Origin: Treponemataceae bacterium
GTDB lineage: Bacteria; Spirochaetota; Spirochaetia; Treponematales; Rectinemataceae
Assembly: GCA_963667725.2 (NCBI GenBank)
Contig: CAXXHO010000003.1
Span: 1,824,001 to 1,888,000 of the forward strand
Direction: 5' to 3'
DNA length: 64,000 nucleotides
The translations under genes were made by a program, and so were the position numbers. Shown piece after piece: positions 18,657 through 28,800 of the stretch (position 1 is the first letter of the stretch; each line of letters begins with the position of its first letter). The notes under the pieces are model-generated. The model worked only from the letters and a program-made list of their open reading frames with translations. It did no database searches and had not been told where the DNA came from.

Positions 18657-20864
18657 TTATTGGACTGAAACAGTTTTTTCCAGATGCTCGCTCTGACGGA
18701 TCAGAAGCCTCATGAGCCCGAAAACCGCGAGGACGATGACGATCAGGGTCGTCGAAAGGACGCTCGCCAGACCGAAACGGATGTTCTCGGAGAAGTTGTA
18801 GATCTGGATGGTGATATGGTACCAGCGCGCGCTGATGAGGAAGATGATGGCGCTCACCGCCGTCATGGAGCGCACGAAGGTGTAGGACATGGACGAGATG
18901 AAGGCCGGCCTGATGAGGGGCATGATGATCGTCCTGAAGATCACGGACTGGTCGGCGCCGAGATCGGCGGCCGCCTCCTCGATGGAGGGGTCTATCTGCC
19001 TCAGGGCGGCCACGCCGCCCTCCAGCCCGACGGGAAGCTCGCGTATCACGTAGTTGATGACGAGGATGGCTCCCGTTCCAACAAGGAGAAGCGGCGGCTT
19101 GTTGAAAGCCAAAATATAGCTGATGCCCACGAGGGTTCCGGGGAGGGCGAACGGGGTCATGATCAAGCCTTCGAGAATCTTCTTGCCCGGGAATTTCTTG
19201 CGCACGACGATGACGGCCGCGACCATGGCCAGGATGCCGGCGATGGGCGTCGCCATGCCCGCCAGCGCCATCGTGGAGAAGAGCGCCTGCTTGCCCCGCG
19301 TCAGGGCTTCGCCGAAATTGGCCAAAGTGAAGGTATAGTCGATGCCCCAGTTCTTGACGAAACAGCCCGCGACAATGGTCCCGTAGAGGGCGACGATGAA
19401 GACGCTCACAGCGGCGACAAAGGCCACCAGGCCTTTTCTTGCCCCCGGGGAAGCCAGGTCTGAAAGCCTCATCGAAGGCTTTCCGGTAACAACGACGAAG
19501 GACTTCTTGTTCACCCAGGAACGCTGGACGAAAAACGCGCTCAGCGTGGGAAGAAGCAGAAGTATGGACAGGGCGGCTCCGTTGGACAGCCGGTTCATCC
19601 CGGTCACTTCGATATAGGACTCCACGGACAGGACGCGATAGGACCCGCCCAAAAGAAGGGGGTTGGCGAAATCGGCCAGGGAGTTCGTGAAGACGAGGAG
19701 CCAGGACGACAATATCCCGGGGAAGGCCAGCGGCAGGGTCACGTGCGTGAAGGTGTGCCATCGCGACGCGTTCAGGTCGAGGGAAGCGTCCTCGAGGGTC
19801 GAGTCTATGGCCTGCAGCACCCCCTGCATGGTGAGAAAGGCGATGGGGAACATCGAAATCGTCTGCACGACGGTGAGCCCGCCCAGTCCGTAAATGCTGA
19901 AATTTTCGAGTCCCAGAAGCCGTTTCGTGATCAGCCCATTGTTGCCGAAAAGGAGGATGATCGACAGCGTGAGGGAGAAAGGCGGCGATATCACCGGCAT
20001 CGTCGCGAGCGCCGTCACCAGTTTTTTCCCCTTCATGCTGGTTCTTGCCACGGCGAAGGCGAAAATGAAGCCGATGAAGGTCGATGCCGTAGCGGTGTAG
20101 ATTCCCAGATGAATCGATCCCCACAGAGCCTTCAGGTATTGGGTATTGCCGAGGACCGTCTTCCAGGTGGCGAAGGTAAACCTTTCGTTGGTGACGAAGG
20201 TAAGCCTGACGGCCTCGAAAAGCGGGTAGGCCACAAAGGCTATGACCACGGCGAAAAGAACGAGAATGGCGTAGCCGGTGATGGGATCCCTTGAAAAAGT
20301 GGCCACGCCGAAGGCGAGCGCGAAAAGCAGGAAGGCTATCAGCGTAAAGCCGTCCAGGAGGGAAGCGAAGGACGAGGTTCTTGCCGCGTCCACGGCGATG
20401 AGGACAAAGCCTGACGCCGCGTCGTTCGTCTCGTTCACGATAGGCGCCACGACGAGATTTTGCTCCGAATCGCCTACCCTGACGGATTCAGGGAGAATGT
20501 ACGTTTCAAGGTAGGAGACCGAGTCTACCGCCTCCAGGAGGACGGGCGAATCCACGGCCTGGGAGTTCCAGTAGGCTATAAGCCCGGCATCGCCAGCGAC
20601 TTCGTGATAGCCATCTTCCCCGGGCAGCCCCATGAAATAATAGAAGGAATAGCCGGGATAGCTCTGCAGAAGCCCATCCAGCCAATCCGTCGCCAGGGCC
20701 TCATCCCTGGGAGCCGATCTGGCGATCGCCAGCGCCAGCGTCTTCGAGTTCTGCGTCATGCTTTTTTCGAAGCTGGTCTTCACGGTCGAGAACATCCACA
20801 GATCGGCGGCCAGAAAAACGGCGCAGGCGGCAATAAAAATCAGAATTTTCTTTTTCGTGAACAC
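18657..20864 (-). CDS. AfuB/FbpB-type ABC permease with an extra N-terminal periplasmic domain
   Basis: SPPF, LEDASLDL, ADFANP, EEAAADLG double-core permease. Probable GTG start at 20864 (GGAG upstream). Confidence 0.85.
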   Translation of the reverse strand: MFTKKKILIFIAACAVFLAADLWMFSTVKTSFEKSMTQNSKTLALAIARSAPRDEALATDWLDGLLQSYPGYSFYYFMGLPGEDGYHEVAGDAGLIAYWNSQAVDSPVLLEAVDSVSYLETYILPESVRVGDSEQNLVVAPIVNETNDAASGFVLIAVDAARTSSFASLLDGFTLIAFLLFALAFGVATFSRDPITGYAILVLFAVVIAFVAYPLFEAVRLTFVTNERFTFATWKTVLGNTQYLKALWGSIHLGIYTATASTFIGFIFAFAVARTSMKGKKLVTALATMPVISPPFSLTLSIILLFGNNGLITKRLLGLENFSIYGLGGLTVVQTISMFPIAFLTMQGVLQAIDSTLEDASLDLNASRWHTFTHVTLPLAFPGILSSWLLVFTNSLADFANPLLLGGSYRVLSVESYIEVTGMNRLSNGAALSILLLLPTLSAFFVQRSWVNKKSFVVVTGKPSMRLSDLASPGARKGLVAFVAAVSVFIVALYGTIVAGCFVKNWGIDYTFTLANFGEALTRGKQALFSTMALAGMATPIAGILAMVAAVIVVRKKFPGKKILEGLIMTPFALPGTLVGISYILAFNKPPLLLVGTGAILVINYVIRELPVGLEGGVAALRQIDPSIEEAAADLGADQSVIFRTIIMPLIRPAFISSMSYTFVRSMTAVSAIIFLISARWYHITIQIYNFSENIRFGLASVLSTTLIVIVLAVFGLMRLLIRQSEHLEKTVSVQ

Positions 20865-21015
20865 GATTCGTTCATCTCCCATAAATACAAAGGCAACCGG
20901 ACAATCAACCGACGGCGACTGCCGCATTCGGCTCAACATCCAGTTGCCTTTCAGCGCTTACCCGATCATATGATGATCGGGCGGAGTCATCTCATCGGGA
21001 TGAAAGGAATCCTGC

Positions 21016-22011
21016 TCAGCGTTTGGATCCGATTTCCTTTACCCAACGCTCGAGAAGCCTTTCCTTGTTGCCGGCGTCCCAGACGATATCCTGCTTGACC
21101 GTCTTTACTTCGGTCATGCTGAAGGCGGCCGGATTTTTCTTAGCCAGCTTGGAGAGCGGGACGACATACCACTTCGCGATGATTTCCTGGGCTTCGGGCT
21201 GGAGAACCCAGTCATAGAGCTTTTTCGCGTTGACGGGATCGGGTCCGCCCTTCACGAGAGACATGGAGGCAATCTCGAAACCAGTGCCTTCGGCGGGAAT
21301 CGTGAGCGTGACGTCGGCGCCCTGAACCTTGAGCTTGACCTGGTCGTGCGCATACCCAATGCCGACGGGAATCTCGCCGATAGCGACGCTTTTCCCAGGC
21401 GCCGAACCGGATTTCGTGTACTGGTCGATGTTCTTGTCGAGTTCCCTTAGATAGCTGAAAACCTTCTCCTCATCGCCATTGAACACGTAGCGGAGCGTTG
21501 TCACCAGATTGTATGCCGTTCCCGATGTCGTGGGATTGGGCATGCGGATTTTGCCTTTGTATTCCGGCTTGAGAAGGTCGGCCCAGGACTTCGGCGGCTG
21601 AATTCCCTGTTCTTTGGCGATCTTGTTGTTGGTGATGAAGGAGAGGGGGCCGAGGTAAAGTCCTACCCAGTAGTTTTCCGTGTCGCGGTATTCAGCCGGG
21701 GTATTGGCGAGCATCTTGGATTTGTAGGGAGTCGTGAGTCCCTTGATCTTGGCGCTCATGTGGTTGAGTCCGACGCCGCCGACCCAGATGGATGCCTGGG
21801 GATTGGCTTTTTCGGCTTCCAGCCTGCTCTCCACTTCTCCGCCCGAGAGTCTCTGCCAGCTTATCTGGATGCCGGTTTCTTTCTGGAACTGGTCGAAGAG
21901 TTCCTTGGCGAGGGGTTCCTCGAGCGTCGTGTAGACGCCGACTTTCTGCTGGGCGGTCACAAAACCCGTCGCGAGCATGAGGACGACGAAAAGCGTCAAT
22001 AAACGTTTCAT
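21016..22011 (-). CDS. AfuA-like ABC substrate-binding protein (sugar-phosphate or iron class)
   Basis: Signal peptide; RLEAEKANPQA, TSGTAY, KSGSAP, AHD, GTGFEI. Confidence 0.85.
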   Translation of the reverse strand: MKRLLTLFVVLMLATGFVTAQQKVGVYTTLEEPLAKELFDQFQKETGIQISWQRLSGGEVESRLEAEKANPQASIWVGGVGLNHMSAKIKGLTTPYKSKMLANTPAEYRDTENYWVGLYLGPLSFITNNKIAKEQGIQPPKSWADLLKPEYKGKIRMPNPTTSGTAYNLVTTLRYVFNGDEEKVFSYLRELDKNIDQYTKSGSAPGKSVAIGEIPVGIGYAHDQVKLKVQGADVTLTIPAEGTGFEIASMSLVKGGPDPVNAKKLYDWVLQPEAQEIIAKWYVVPLSKLAKKNPAAFSMTEVKTVKQDIVWDAGNKERLLERWVKEIGSKR

Positions 22012-22369
22012 TTTAGCCTCCGAAAAAACGAGTTGAAATATTTGACATGCCCATAATAAGCCCGCCAGATAAAATTCGCAATATACAAGCTCCTAAAACC
22101 GGTTTTCACTGGTGTTTCTTTTTGACACATTATATTGGGCGTTTTTAACACAGGCGTATCCAGGGGAAACATAAAAAACGGGAATCCCGAAACCCTGTTT
22201 CCGCCAATATCGCGGACGACCGAAAGCCTGAACTTTTCGACCTCCCTTAGGTCAGCCATCAAGACAGCAGGCTTTCCACGGGAATCGATGAATAACCTAA
22301 ATCTATTCAATATATACAATTAAAGTTTTTAAAATTTTCTGATAATTTTTTGTGATGTTTTTATTATTT

Positions 22370-22385
22370 TGGCACGATTTGTGCA
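22370..22385 (+). promoter_or_regulatory. Sigma-54 (-24/-12) promoter of hsp20
   Basis: TGGCACGATTTGTGCA = GG-N10-GC with a perfect TGGCACG; very AT-rich tract upstream. Confidence 0.7.
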
Positions 22386-22489
22386 TAATAATAGATGGGC
22401 GCCAAAAAGGGCCCCGCCAGGATGAGGCGGCTTGTAGAGCCGAAGCCCATCCGGCGAATTCCGGAAATTCCGGATTTTTGGAGGTTTTT

Positions 22490-22909
22490 ATGAATAACGT
22501 AACGCTTTATGGAAGCAATCCCTTCGATCTCATCGACCAGATGTTCAGCGGCGACGAATTCCTCTATCCTCAGTTCCGAACCCCGGCCATCGATGTCCGC
22601 GACGAAGAGAACCGCTATATAATCGAGGCTGAGCTTCCCGGCTATTCCGAGAAGGACATCAAACTCGAACTCAAGGACGGCACGCTTTCCCTCTCCACCG
22701 CGAAAAGCGATGCGGAAGGAGAAAAGAACGAAAAGGGCCGCTGGCTGCATAGGGAGCGCAGGGAATTCCGCTTCTCCCGCTCTTTCTCCCTTCCCGAAGA
22801 TGTGGATGCGGAGAAAATCGAGGCGAAATATAGGGATGGCCTCCTGACGATCTCTCTCGAGAAAAAGCCGGAGTCTTCTCCCCGCCTCGTTCCGGTAAAA
22901 GCGGCGTAA
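22490..22909 (+). CDS. Hsp20/alpha-crystallin small heat-shock protein
   Basis: PAIDVRDE, AELPG, FSRSFSLP, AKYRDGLLTI; RBS GGAGG before ATG 22490. Confidence 0.93.
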   Translation: MNNVTLYGSNPFDLIDQMFSGDEFLYPQFRTPAIDVRDEENRYIIEAELPGYSEKDIKLELKDGTLSLSTAKSDAEGEKNEKGRWLHRERREFRFSRSFSLPEDVDAEKIEAKYRDGLLTISLEKKPESSPRLVPVKAA

Positions 22910-22930
22910 GGCTTCCAGTCCGAATCGATC

Positions 22931-22973
22931 GGGGCTGCCCGCGAGACAATCGCGGGCGGCCCCATTTTTTTTT
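22931..22973 (+). terminator. Intrinsic terminator after hsp20
   Basis: GGGGCTGCCCGCGA-gacaa-TCGCGGGCGGCCCC followed by A and T9. Confidence 0.88.
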
Positions 22974-22987
22974 GAATTTGGTAACTC

Positions 22988-23029
22988 GTAACATATGTTA
23001 CAGATCATCGATGCGCGCCGCCATATACT
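22988..23029 (+). promoter_or_regulatory. Crp/Fnr-family (HcpR2/NtcA-like) operator plus -10 box
   Basis: Perfect palindrome GTAACATATGTTAC (22988-23001); TATACT at 23024-23029. Confidence 0.6.
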
Positions 23030-23080
23030 CAGCATGAAAAACGGCAGGAATTGGCCGGCAGACCACAAGGCGAGGGAAAA

Positions 23081-23935
23081 ATGGCGAAACGCACGATAAT
23101 CGAAATAGATCAGGATCTCTGCAACGGCTGCGGCTCCTGCGAAACAGGATGCCCCGAAGGAGCCCTGAAAGTCATAGACGGAAAGGCCAGGCTCGTCGGC
23201 GAAAGCCTCTGCGACGGGCTGGGCGCATGCATCGGCCGCTGTCCCGTGGACGCGATTCATGTCATCGAAAGAGAGGCCGACGCCTACGACGAGGTCGCCG
23301 TGCTCAAGGAAATACTCTCTCAGGGTCAGAGCGTCGTGCGGGCGCATTTCGCCCATCTCGATCACCACGGCCAGGACCTTTATCTGGAAAGGGCTGTCGC
23401 CTATCTCTCAGCCCAGAACATCGCCATTCCCCAAGGATACGAACGCTTCGGGCAGAAAAAAACCGCGCCGGCCTTCGTAAAATCCTGCGGCGTCTTTTCG
23501 GCGCTCAAGGAAAAAACGGCCTCGGCCGCGGAATCCATCCCATCGAAGCCTTCCGGCGTCTCGGCGCTCAAGAATTGGCCGATCCAGCTCCATCTGGTGA
23601 ATCCCCGGGCTCCCCATTTCACCGACGCCGATATCGTCATCGCCGCCGACTGCACGGCCTTCGCGCTGGGCTCCTTCCATGCCGACATCATCGAGGGAAA
23701 ATCCCTCGTCATCGCCTGCCCGAAGCTGGATTCGGGGAAGGATATCTACCTTTCCAAGTTGGCCGCCATATTGCGGCAAGCCCGAAGCGCTTCGGTCGTC
23801 ATCATGGAAGTGCCCTGCTGCTCTGGTCTCGTAAAGCTGGTTCAGGAAGCTCGGTCCATGGCAGGAGCGACGTTGCCGATCGAGATTCTCATCATCGGGA
23901 TAGATGGCGGATTCGTCGCCAGGAAAACAGTTTGA
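23081..23935 (+). CDS. 4Fe-4S dicluster ferredoxin-domain protein with Cys-rich C-terminal domain (FrdX-like)
   Basis: CNGCGSCETGCP, CDGLGACIGRCP, NWPIQLHLV, AADC, CPKLD, MEVPCC. Confidence 0.85.
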   Translation: MAKRTIIEIDQDLCNGCGSCETGCPEGALKVIDGKARLVGESLCDGLGACIGRCPVDAIHVIEREADAYDEVAVLKEILSQGQSVVRAHFAHLDHHGQDLYLERAVAYLSAQNIAIPQGYERFGQKKTAPAFVKSCGVFSALKEKTASAAESIPSKPSGVSALKNWPIQLHLVNPRAPHFTDADIVIAADCTAFALGSFHADIIEGKSLVIACPKLDSGKDIYLSKLAAILRQARSASVVIMEVPCCSGLVKLVQEARSMAGATLPIEILIIGIDGGFVARKTV

Positions 23936-23994
23936 TTCTTGTAAGGTGCGGGATGTATAATCAAGCACTATAATTTACTTTTATGGAGGGGATT

Positions 23995-24225
23995 ATGGCG
24001 GACAAATCATCAAAAAATCCCGGCAATGTCGCGGGAAAATGGTATGTGGATTCGACATGCATAGGCTGTGCCCTGTGCAACGGCACGGCGCCCGACGTTT
24101 TCGCCATGACCGACGACGGATCGCTGGCCTTCGTCGCCAAGCAGCCAGGCCCGGGCGGCGAGACGGAGCTGGCGGTACAGGCGCTCAGCGACTGCCCCGT
24201 GGGAGCTATCGGCAACGACGCTTAA
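23995..24225 (+). CDS. Small ferredoxin (single cluster)
   Basis: YVDSTCIGCALC...APDVF...CPVGAI; RBS GGAGG. Confidence 0.9.
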   Translation: MADKSSKNPGNVAGKWYVDSTCIGCALCNGTAPDVFAMTDDGSLAFVAKQPGPGGETELAVQALSDCPVGAIGNDA

Positions 24226-24250
24226 GCCCGGCGACCGCCGCGGCTCCTTG

Positions 24251-24281
24251 GGGCGGGCGGGATCGCGATCCTGCCCGCCCC
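24251..24281. terminator. GC-rich hairpin between convergent genes
   Basis: GGGCGGGCGGGATCGCGATCCTGCCCGCCC inverted repeat; no clear U-tract. Confidence 0.5.
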
Positions 24282-24284
24282 GCC

Positions 24285-25400
24285 TCACATCAAATTCTCG
24301 GGATTGAGCCTCTCGAGTTCCGGCAGCACAAACCGGCCGTCTTTCCTCGCGAGCCTGCCGTCCAGCCAGATTTCCCCGCCTCCCGACGCCTCGTCCTGTT
24401 TGAGCACGAGGTCCCAGTGCAGGCTCGACCGGTTGCCGTTGAAACAGTCGTCGTAGGAATTCCCCGGCGTAATGTGCACCGAGCCGGCTATCTTCTCGTC
24501 GAACAAGGTGTCCAGCAGTGGCTGCGTGATGTAGGGATTCACGCCGAAGGCGAACTCGCCCAGATATCGCGCGCCCTCATCTATGTCGAGCATCGCGTTG
24601 ACGCGCTTCGTGTCGTTGGCCCGCGCGTCCACGATCTTCCCGTTCTTGAATTCGAACCTCACCTGCTCGAACTTGAATCCATCCTTTTCGCTCGGCGTAT
24701 TGTAGCTTAAGACCCCATTCGCCGAATCCCTCACGGGAGCCGTATACACTTCCCCGTCGGGGATGTTCATCGTCCCGTCGCACTTGATGGCGGGCAGGCC
24801 CTTGATCGAAAAAGCGAGATCGGTGCCCGGGCCCAGTACCCGAACCTTGTCCGTGCGTTCGAGAAGTTTCACCAGGGGATCCATGCCTTTCGACATTTTG
24901 GCGTAATCCATGGTGCAGACATCGAAGAAATAATCCTCGAAAGCCGCTTCGCTCATGGCCGCGTTCTGAGCCATCGCCGGCGACGGATAGCGGAGCACCA
25001 CCCATCTCGTGTGCGGGACTCTCTGCTCGATATGCACTTTTTTCCAGATATGCTTATTATACAGATCCATCTTTTCCGCCGGCAGATCCTTCCAGGCGAA
25101 AGCGTTGCGCAGGCTCGTGAATCCAATAAACGCGTCCATTTTCTTCATCCGCTCGAGCTCGAACTCGGCCTGGAGGACAAACTGCTCCTCAGGACCGTTC
25201 AAATACAGTTCCCTCTCCACGGCCTTGTCGCGGAGCGCCACGAAAGCCAGCCCTCCCGCCGCGTGAACCGCGCCCACGAGCGCCTTGACGAATTCCGGTT
25301 CCGCGTTCGTGTCCTGTATAAGTACTTTTTCGCCTTTTTTCACCATAACCGAATAATTGACCAGGATGTCGGCCAACCTCCGTATCCTCGGGTCCACCAT
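24285..25400 (-). CDS. Aminopeptidase, M29 family (AmpS/AmpT-like)
   Basis: NIPDGEVYTAP, GEFAFG, LFDEKI.GSVH, SSLHWD. Confidence 0.9.
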   Translation of the reverse strand: MVDPRIRRLADILVNYSVMVKKGEKVLIQDTNAEPEFVKALVGAVHAAGGLAFVALRDKAVERELYLNGPEEQFVLQAEFELERMKKMDAFIGFTSLRNAFAWKDLPAEKMDLYNKHIWKKVHIEQRVPHTRWVVLRYPSPAMAQNAAMSEAAFEDYFFDVCTMDYAKMSKGMDPLVKLLERTDKVRVLGPGTDLAFSIKGLPAIKCDGTMNIPDGEVYTAPVRDSANGVLSYNTPSEKDGFKFEQVRFEFKNGKIVDARANDTKRVNAMLDIDEGARYLGEFAFGVNPYITQPLLDTLFDEKIAGSVHITPGNSYDDCFNGNRSSLHWDLVLKQDEASGGGEIWLDGRLARKDGRFVLPELERLNPENLM

Positions 25401-25514
25401 GTGTCATCTCCTCTTGAAGCTTCTATCGACCCGGCCTGCCGGCTGGAACGTTCTCAACGATATCCTAGCCTCGGCGCCTCGACAAAATAGGGCCTTTCCT
25501 TCATACTTATCATC

Positions 25515-25808
25515 ATGAGCGAAGAACTTCCATCCTGTTCTGGTCCTTTCGGCGGGGTCCAGATAGAATACCCCGTCCACTTCGACCTGCGCATCATCTA
25601 CAGCAAGGCCGAAGCCCAGGATATGGCCGCGGCTCTTGAAGCCACCTTAAAGCGAATCGCCGTTCCCTGCTCCATCATACAGGGTGTGGCCAAGCCCGAC
25701 GGGAAATACGGCCGCATGGGTGCCAGGGTTACCGTCGATTCCAAGCGGACGATGGACAGGCTCTACGCCGAAGTATCCAAGCTGCCGGGCATCAAGGCCG
25801 TCATTTAG
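25515..25808 (+). CDS. DUF493/YbeD-like ACT-fold protein
   Basis: IEYPVHFDLRII...GKY...LYAEVSKLPGIKAVI. Confidence 0.7.
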   Translation: MSEELPSCSGPFGGVQIEYPVHFDLRIIYSKAEAQDMAAALEATLKRIAVPCSIIQGVAKPDGKYGRMGARVTVDSKRTMDRLYAEVSKLPGIKAVI

Positions 25809-25867
25809 GCGCCCTCGTCGAATCCTCGGTCGACGCCCTCCTCGAAGACCCCGGCTGGCGTCGTAGC

Positions 25868-28800
25868 CTAAGGCCTGGCCGAATTCTCGGCAGGCCGCTC
25901 CACGGCAGCTTCGGTCAGCCGCTCCACGGCAGCCTCGGCCGCCCAGGCATCCTTCACGATATAATAGCTTTTCTTCAGTTTTTCGCGATAGGGAGGAGCC
26001 TCTTCCCAGCCCTTCCAGAAATAAGGATATGACGGATTGATTTCTATTCCGCCCGTCGTTTTCCCCAGCTTTTTGTCCCATACGATCGCGTCGACGAGGA
26101 AGCCGTCGGTCGCTACTGTATCCAGGGCGTCTCTTTCGGGATTGAAATAGCCCGTCCTCGAATCCTGGAGAACCTGGCGCGAAGAAGGATCGGTCACGTT
26201 GATATAGGTCCAGGGCAGGCGCAAAGAGATAGTCGATCCCTGGATGTTCCAGAGATTGCCCGCTTCGTCGAAGGGCCCCTTGCGCAGGGCGGAAGCGTCG
26301 AAACGCTTCTCGGCGATGTTCCTGCCGTCTTTCGTCCGCGCCGATCCATTCACGAGCATGCTGATCCGCTGGAATTGGCCGTCGGAGAGGCGAACCGTGG
26401 CGAAGCGGGACATGGCGGTATTGTAGGTCGGGATGACGAGGAGATCGGCTTTGTCGGCCGAAGACAGGCGAAAGACGAATTCCAGTCCTGAACTCGTCTT
26501 CATGTTTCCGACGGGCCAAAGCATCTGCCCCAGCTCTCGGCCGAGCGTATCGAGTCCGACCAGGATTTCCTCCGCGGCGAAATCGGGGGCGCGCTTAAGC
26601 TTTATCGTAATATTCAGATACGACGCGTCGACCGACAGTTCCATCGAATCGACGATGCCATTGCCCTTATATGTCACATCGGGCCGTTCCGGAGTCAGGA
26701 CTTCGTTCGCCATAAGGCCGTAGTTCTGTTCAGGGTCTACGGCGTTGTGCCAGAGGACATGCCGGTCGTAGGGAATCATGAGCGTCTCGGTGGTCCAGGT
26801 TTTCTTCACCCACTCGTCCATCCACTCGAAGATGACGCCGCCGGCATAGCCCTCTTTCCGGATCGCGTCCATCATCCTGAGAATGCCTTCCCCGGCCGCG
26901 GTTTCGTCTATGCCGCCATGATGCAGGCCGTCGGGGGCAAAATGCGCGATGCCCGAACCGTTGGCCAGACCGAACTCGGCCACGAGGGCGGGATACCGTC
27001 GATGGCTCTCCATGAACTCCCTGAGATAGCCGCCATAGCGGAGCGGGCCTTCTTCATCCTCGTAGGAGCCATAGGCGATCTCATTGTTCATGAAATCGGG
27101 ATAGTTCGGATAGATGTGGTAGGCGCCGAAGAGCCCGGCTGTCATGGCGGGCGTGATTTCAAAATGATCTATGGTCACGCTCGCCCTGTCGTTTCCCTTA
27201 TTCTTCTTGCCGGTCGCAGGGTCCCACTCCGAATCATGTTCCTTGGGATCCAGGGTCGGCCAGCTCACGAGGGAGACGGGATGCAGCTGGCCATATCGAG
27301 CCGCTTCGATCGACGCCACTTCGTCCAGGGATTCGGCCAGCCATACTTCCGTCGGCGTCGCCTCGAGCCCGGCCGAGACATACTTCCCGGCATAAGCTGC
27401 ATGTTTGTTGCGCTCGTCCGTCTCCATGACTTCCTCGCTCTCAAGCTCACGTCCCACGAGCCAACCCAGAAGCCATTTTGATACATCGGCGGTATAGATG
27501 CCCCAGGCCCTCCCCTTGCGCTCCGGCACATTGGCCCGGCCGTAAACGGCATCGATGCCGTAGTCGATCTCCTTGAGGAAGCTCTCCCTGTATTCGGGCG
27601 CGAGATAGTCGCCATTGGCGGGATTTTCTTCGGGCCAGATTTCCTGAAGCAGATAGAGCGTTCTATCGGGATGCTCGGTGTTGTGAATGGACAGCGCCTT
27701 ATAGAACTCGGGAGGCGGGAGCGTGTAAATCCTGATGGTGTTGGCATTCATGTCAGCGATGCCTTCGAGCCAGCGCCTGTAGGTGCTTACATCCTCAGGA
27801 AAGTTGGTGAAGTACATCCCCGGTTCCGCGAAACCCATGTTGACGCCGCGCACGAAAAGATCTTTCCAGATTCCGTCCTTGTCGCGCAGCTGAAAGCCTT
27901 TGCCGAAGGCCCTGACGTTGACCCTAAGTTCGCCATGTTCGCCGGACATCAAAGTCCTCGCTACCTTGGCCTTCTCCGCGTCGCGGAGTATCGAACGTAT
28001 GAGCGGCACATAGGCCTTCCAGAAGAAATAGGCGTTGCTGTCCACCGAATCGTCGATCAGCAGTTTTTTCAGCCAGGAGATCCCTTTCATTCCATAGGGA
28101 GTGGAAATAGCCTGGAGATCAGCGAAATCCCCCGCGAAATACCAGCCAGAATACTGCGGGTTTTTATAGAGGAGAATGGCCGGAAAGGTCGTAGGCAGCC
28201 CGAGACTATCCAGTTTGGCTTTGCCGCTCGCGGTTAGGTCGAGAGTATAGTCGGCGACGGTTTCCGATCCGCTGTCTGGAATTGTCCACTCGAACCAATA
28301 GCGGTAGGAAATGGGCTTTTTCGATTTCAGGGCTTCGGCCCAAGGATCTCTGAAGGAAAACTTCAGCCCATTCTTGCCTATATCCTCCATTTCCGTGAGC
28401 ACCTCGACATGGTCTTCATCCGAGATGAGAATGTATCCGCGGCCAAAAAAGTTCCATTGCTTTCCAGTCTGAGCCGCGTAATTGGATATCACCCAGGCCG
28501 GAACTTCTTTTCCCGCCGTGAGATCCTCGAAATACTTGCCGATCCAGCCATTCCACTGGATGCCCAGCAACCTTCCCAGCGTCAGCCTGTCCCGCAGGTT
28601 CGTCGGCGAAGCCGCCGAATTGAACTCGGCCATGAAGGTATTCCCGGCACCCAGGTTCTTCCTGATCGTCTGGATGTCCTCCGTGGTCAAGGCGCCGTAT
28701 AGCTTGGAAGAGATTTCGCCCGCCAGTTTCTTCTGCATATAATCGTCTTTGTAGACGCCATAGGTATCGGTGATATAGACGATATCGGGCCGCTGCCCGT

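Noticed and set aside
18088..20124. 678-aa same-strand alternative-frame ORF
   Set aside because: Arg/Pro-rich off-frame read-through of the ABC permease and ATPase; no domain signal, and both real genes are intact, so there is no need to invoke frameshifting.
20890..21000. Hairpins between the SBP and permease genes as a riboswitch
   Set aside because: More simply explained as intercistronic mRNA stabiliser/attenuator stems common after SBP genes; no known aptamer consensus.
22365..22392. Possible CIRCE element upstream of hsp20
   Set aside because: Does not fit TTAGCACTC-N9-GAGTGCTAA; the sigma-54 consensus fits better.
22449..22492. Possible RNA thermometer in the hsp20 5' UTR (TCCGGA inverted repeats)
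   Set aside because: The hairpin ends before the GGAGG, and I see no ROSE or fourU pairing with the SD; unsupported without folding.
25893..25940. 24-bp duplicated unit (EAAVERLT/EAAVERPA) at the GH C-terminus
   Set aside because: Two-copy in-frame duplication in a disordered tail; not a CRISPR or mobile repeat.
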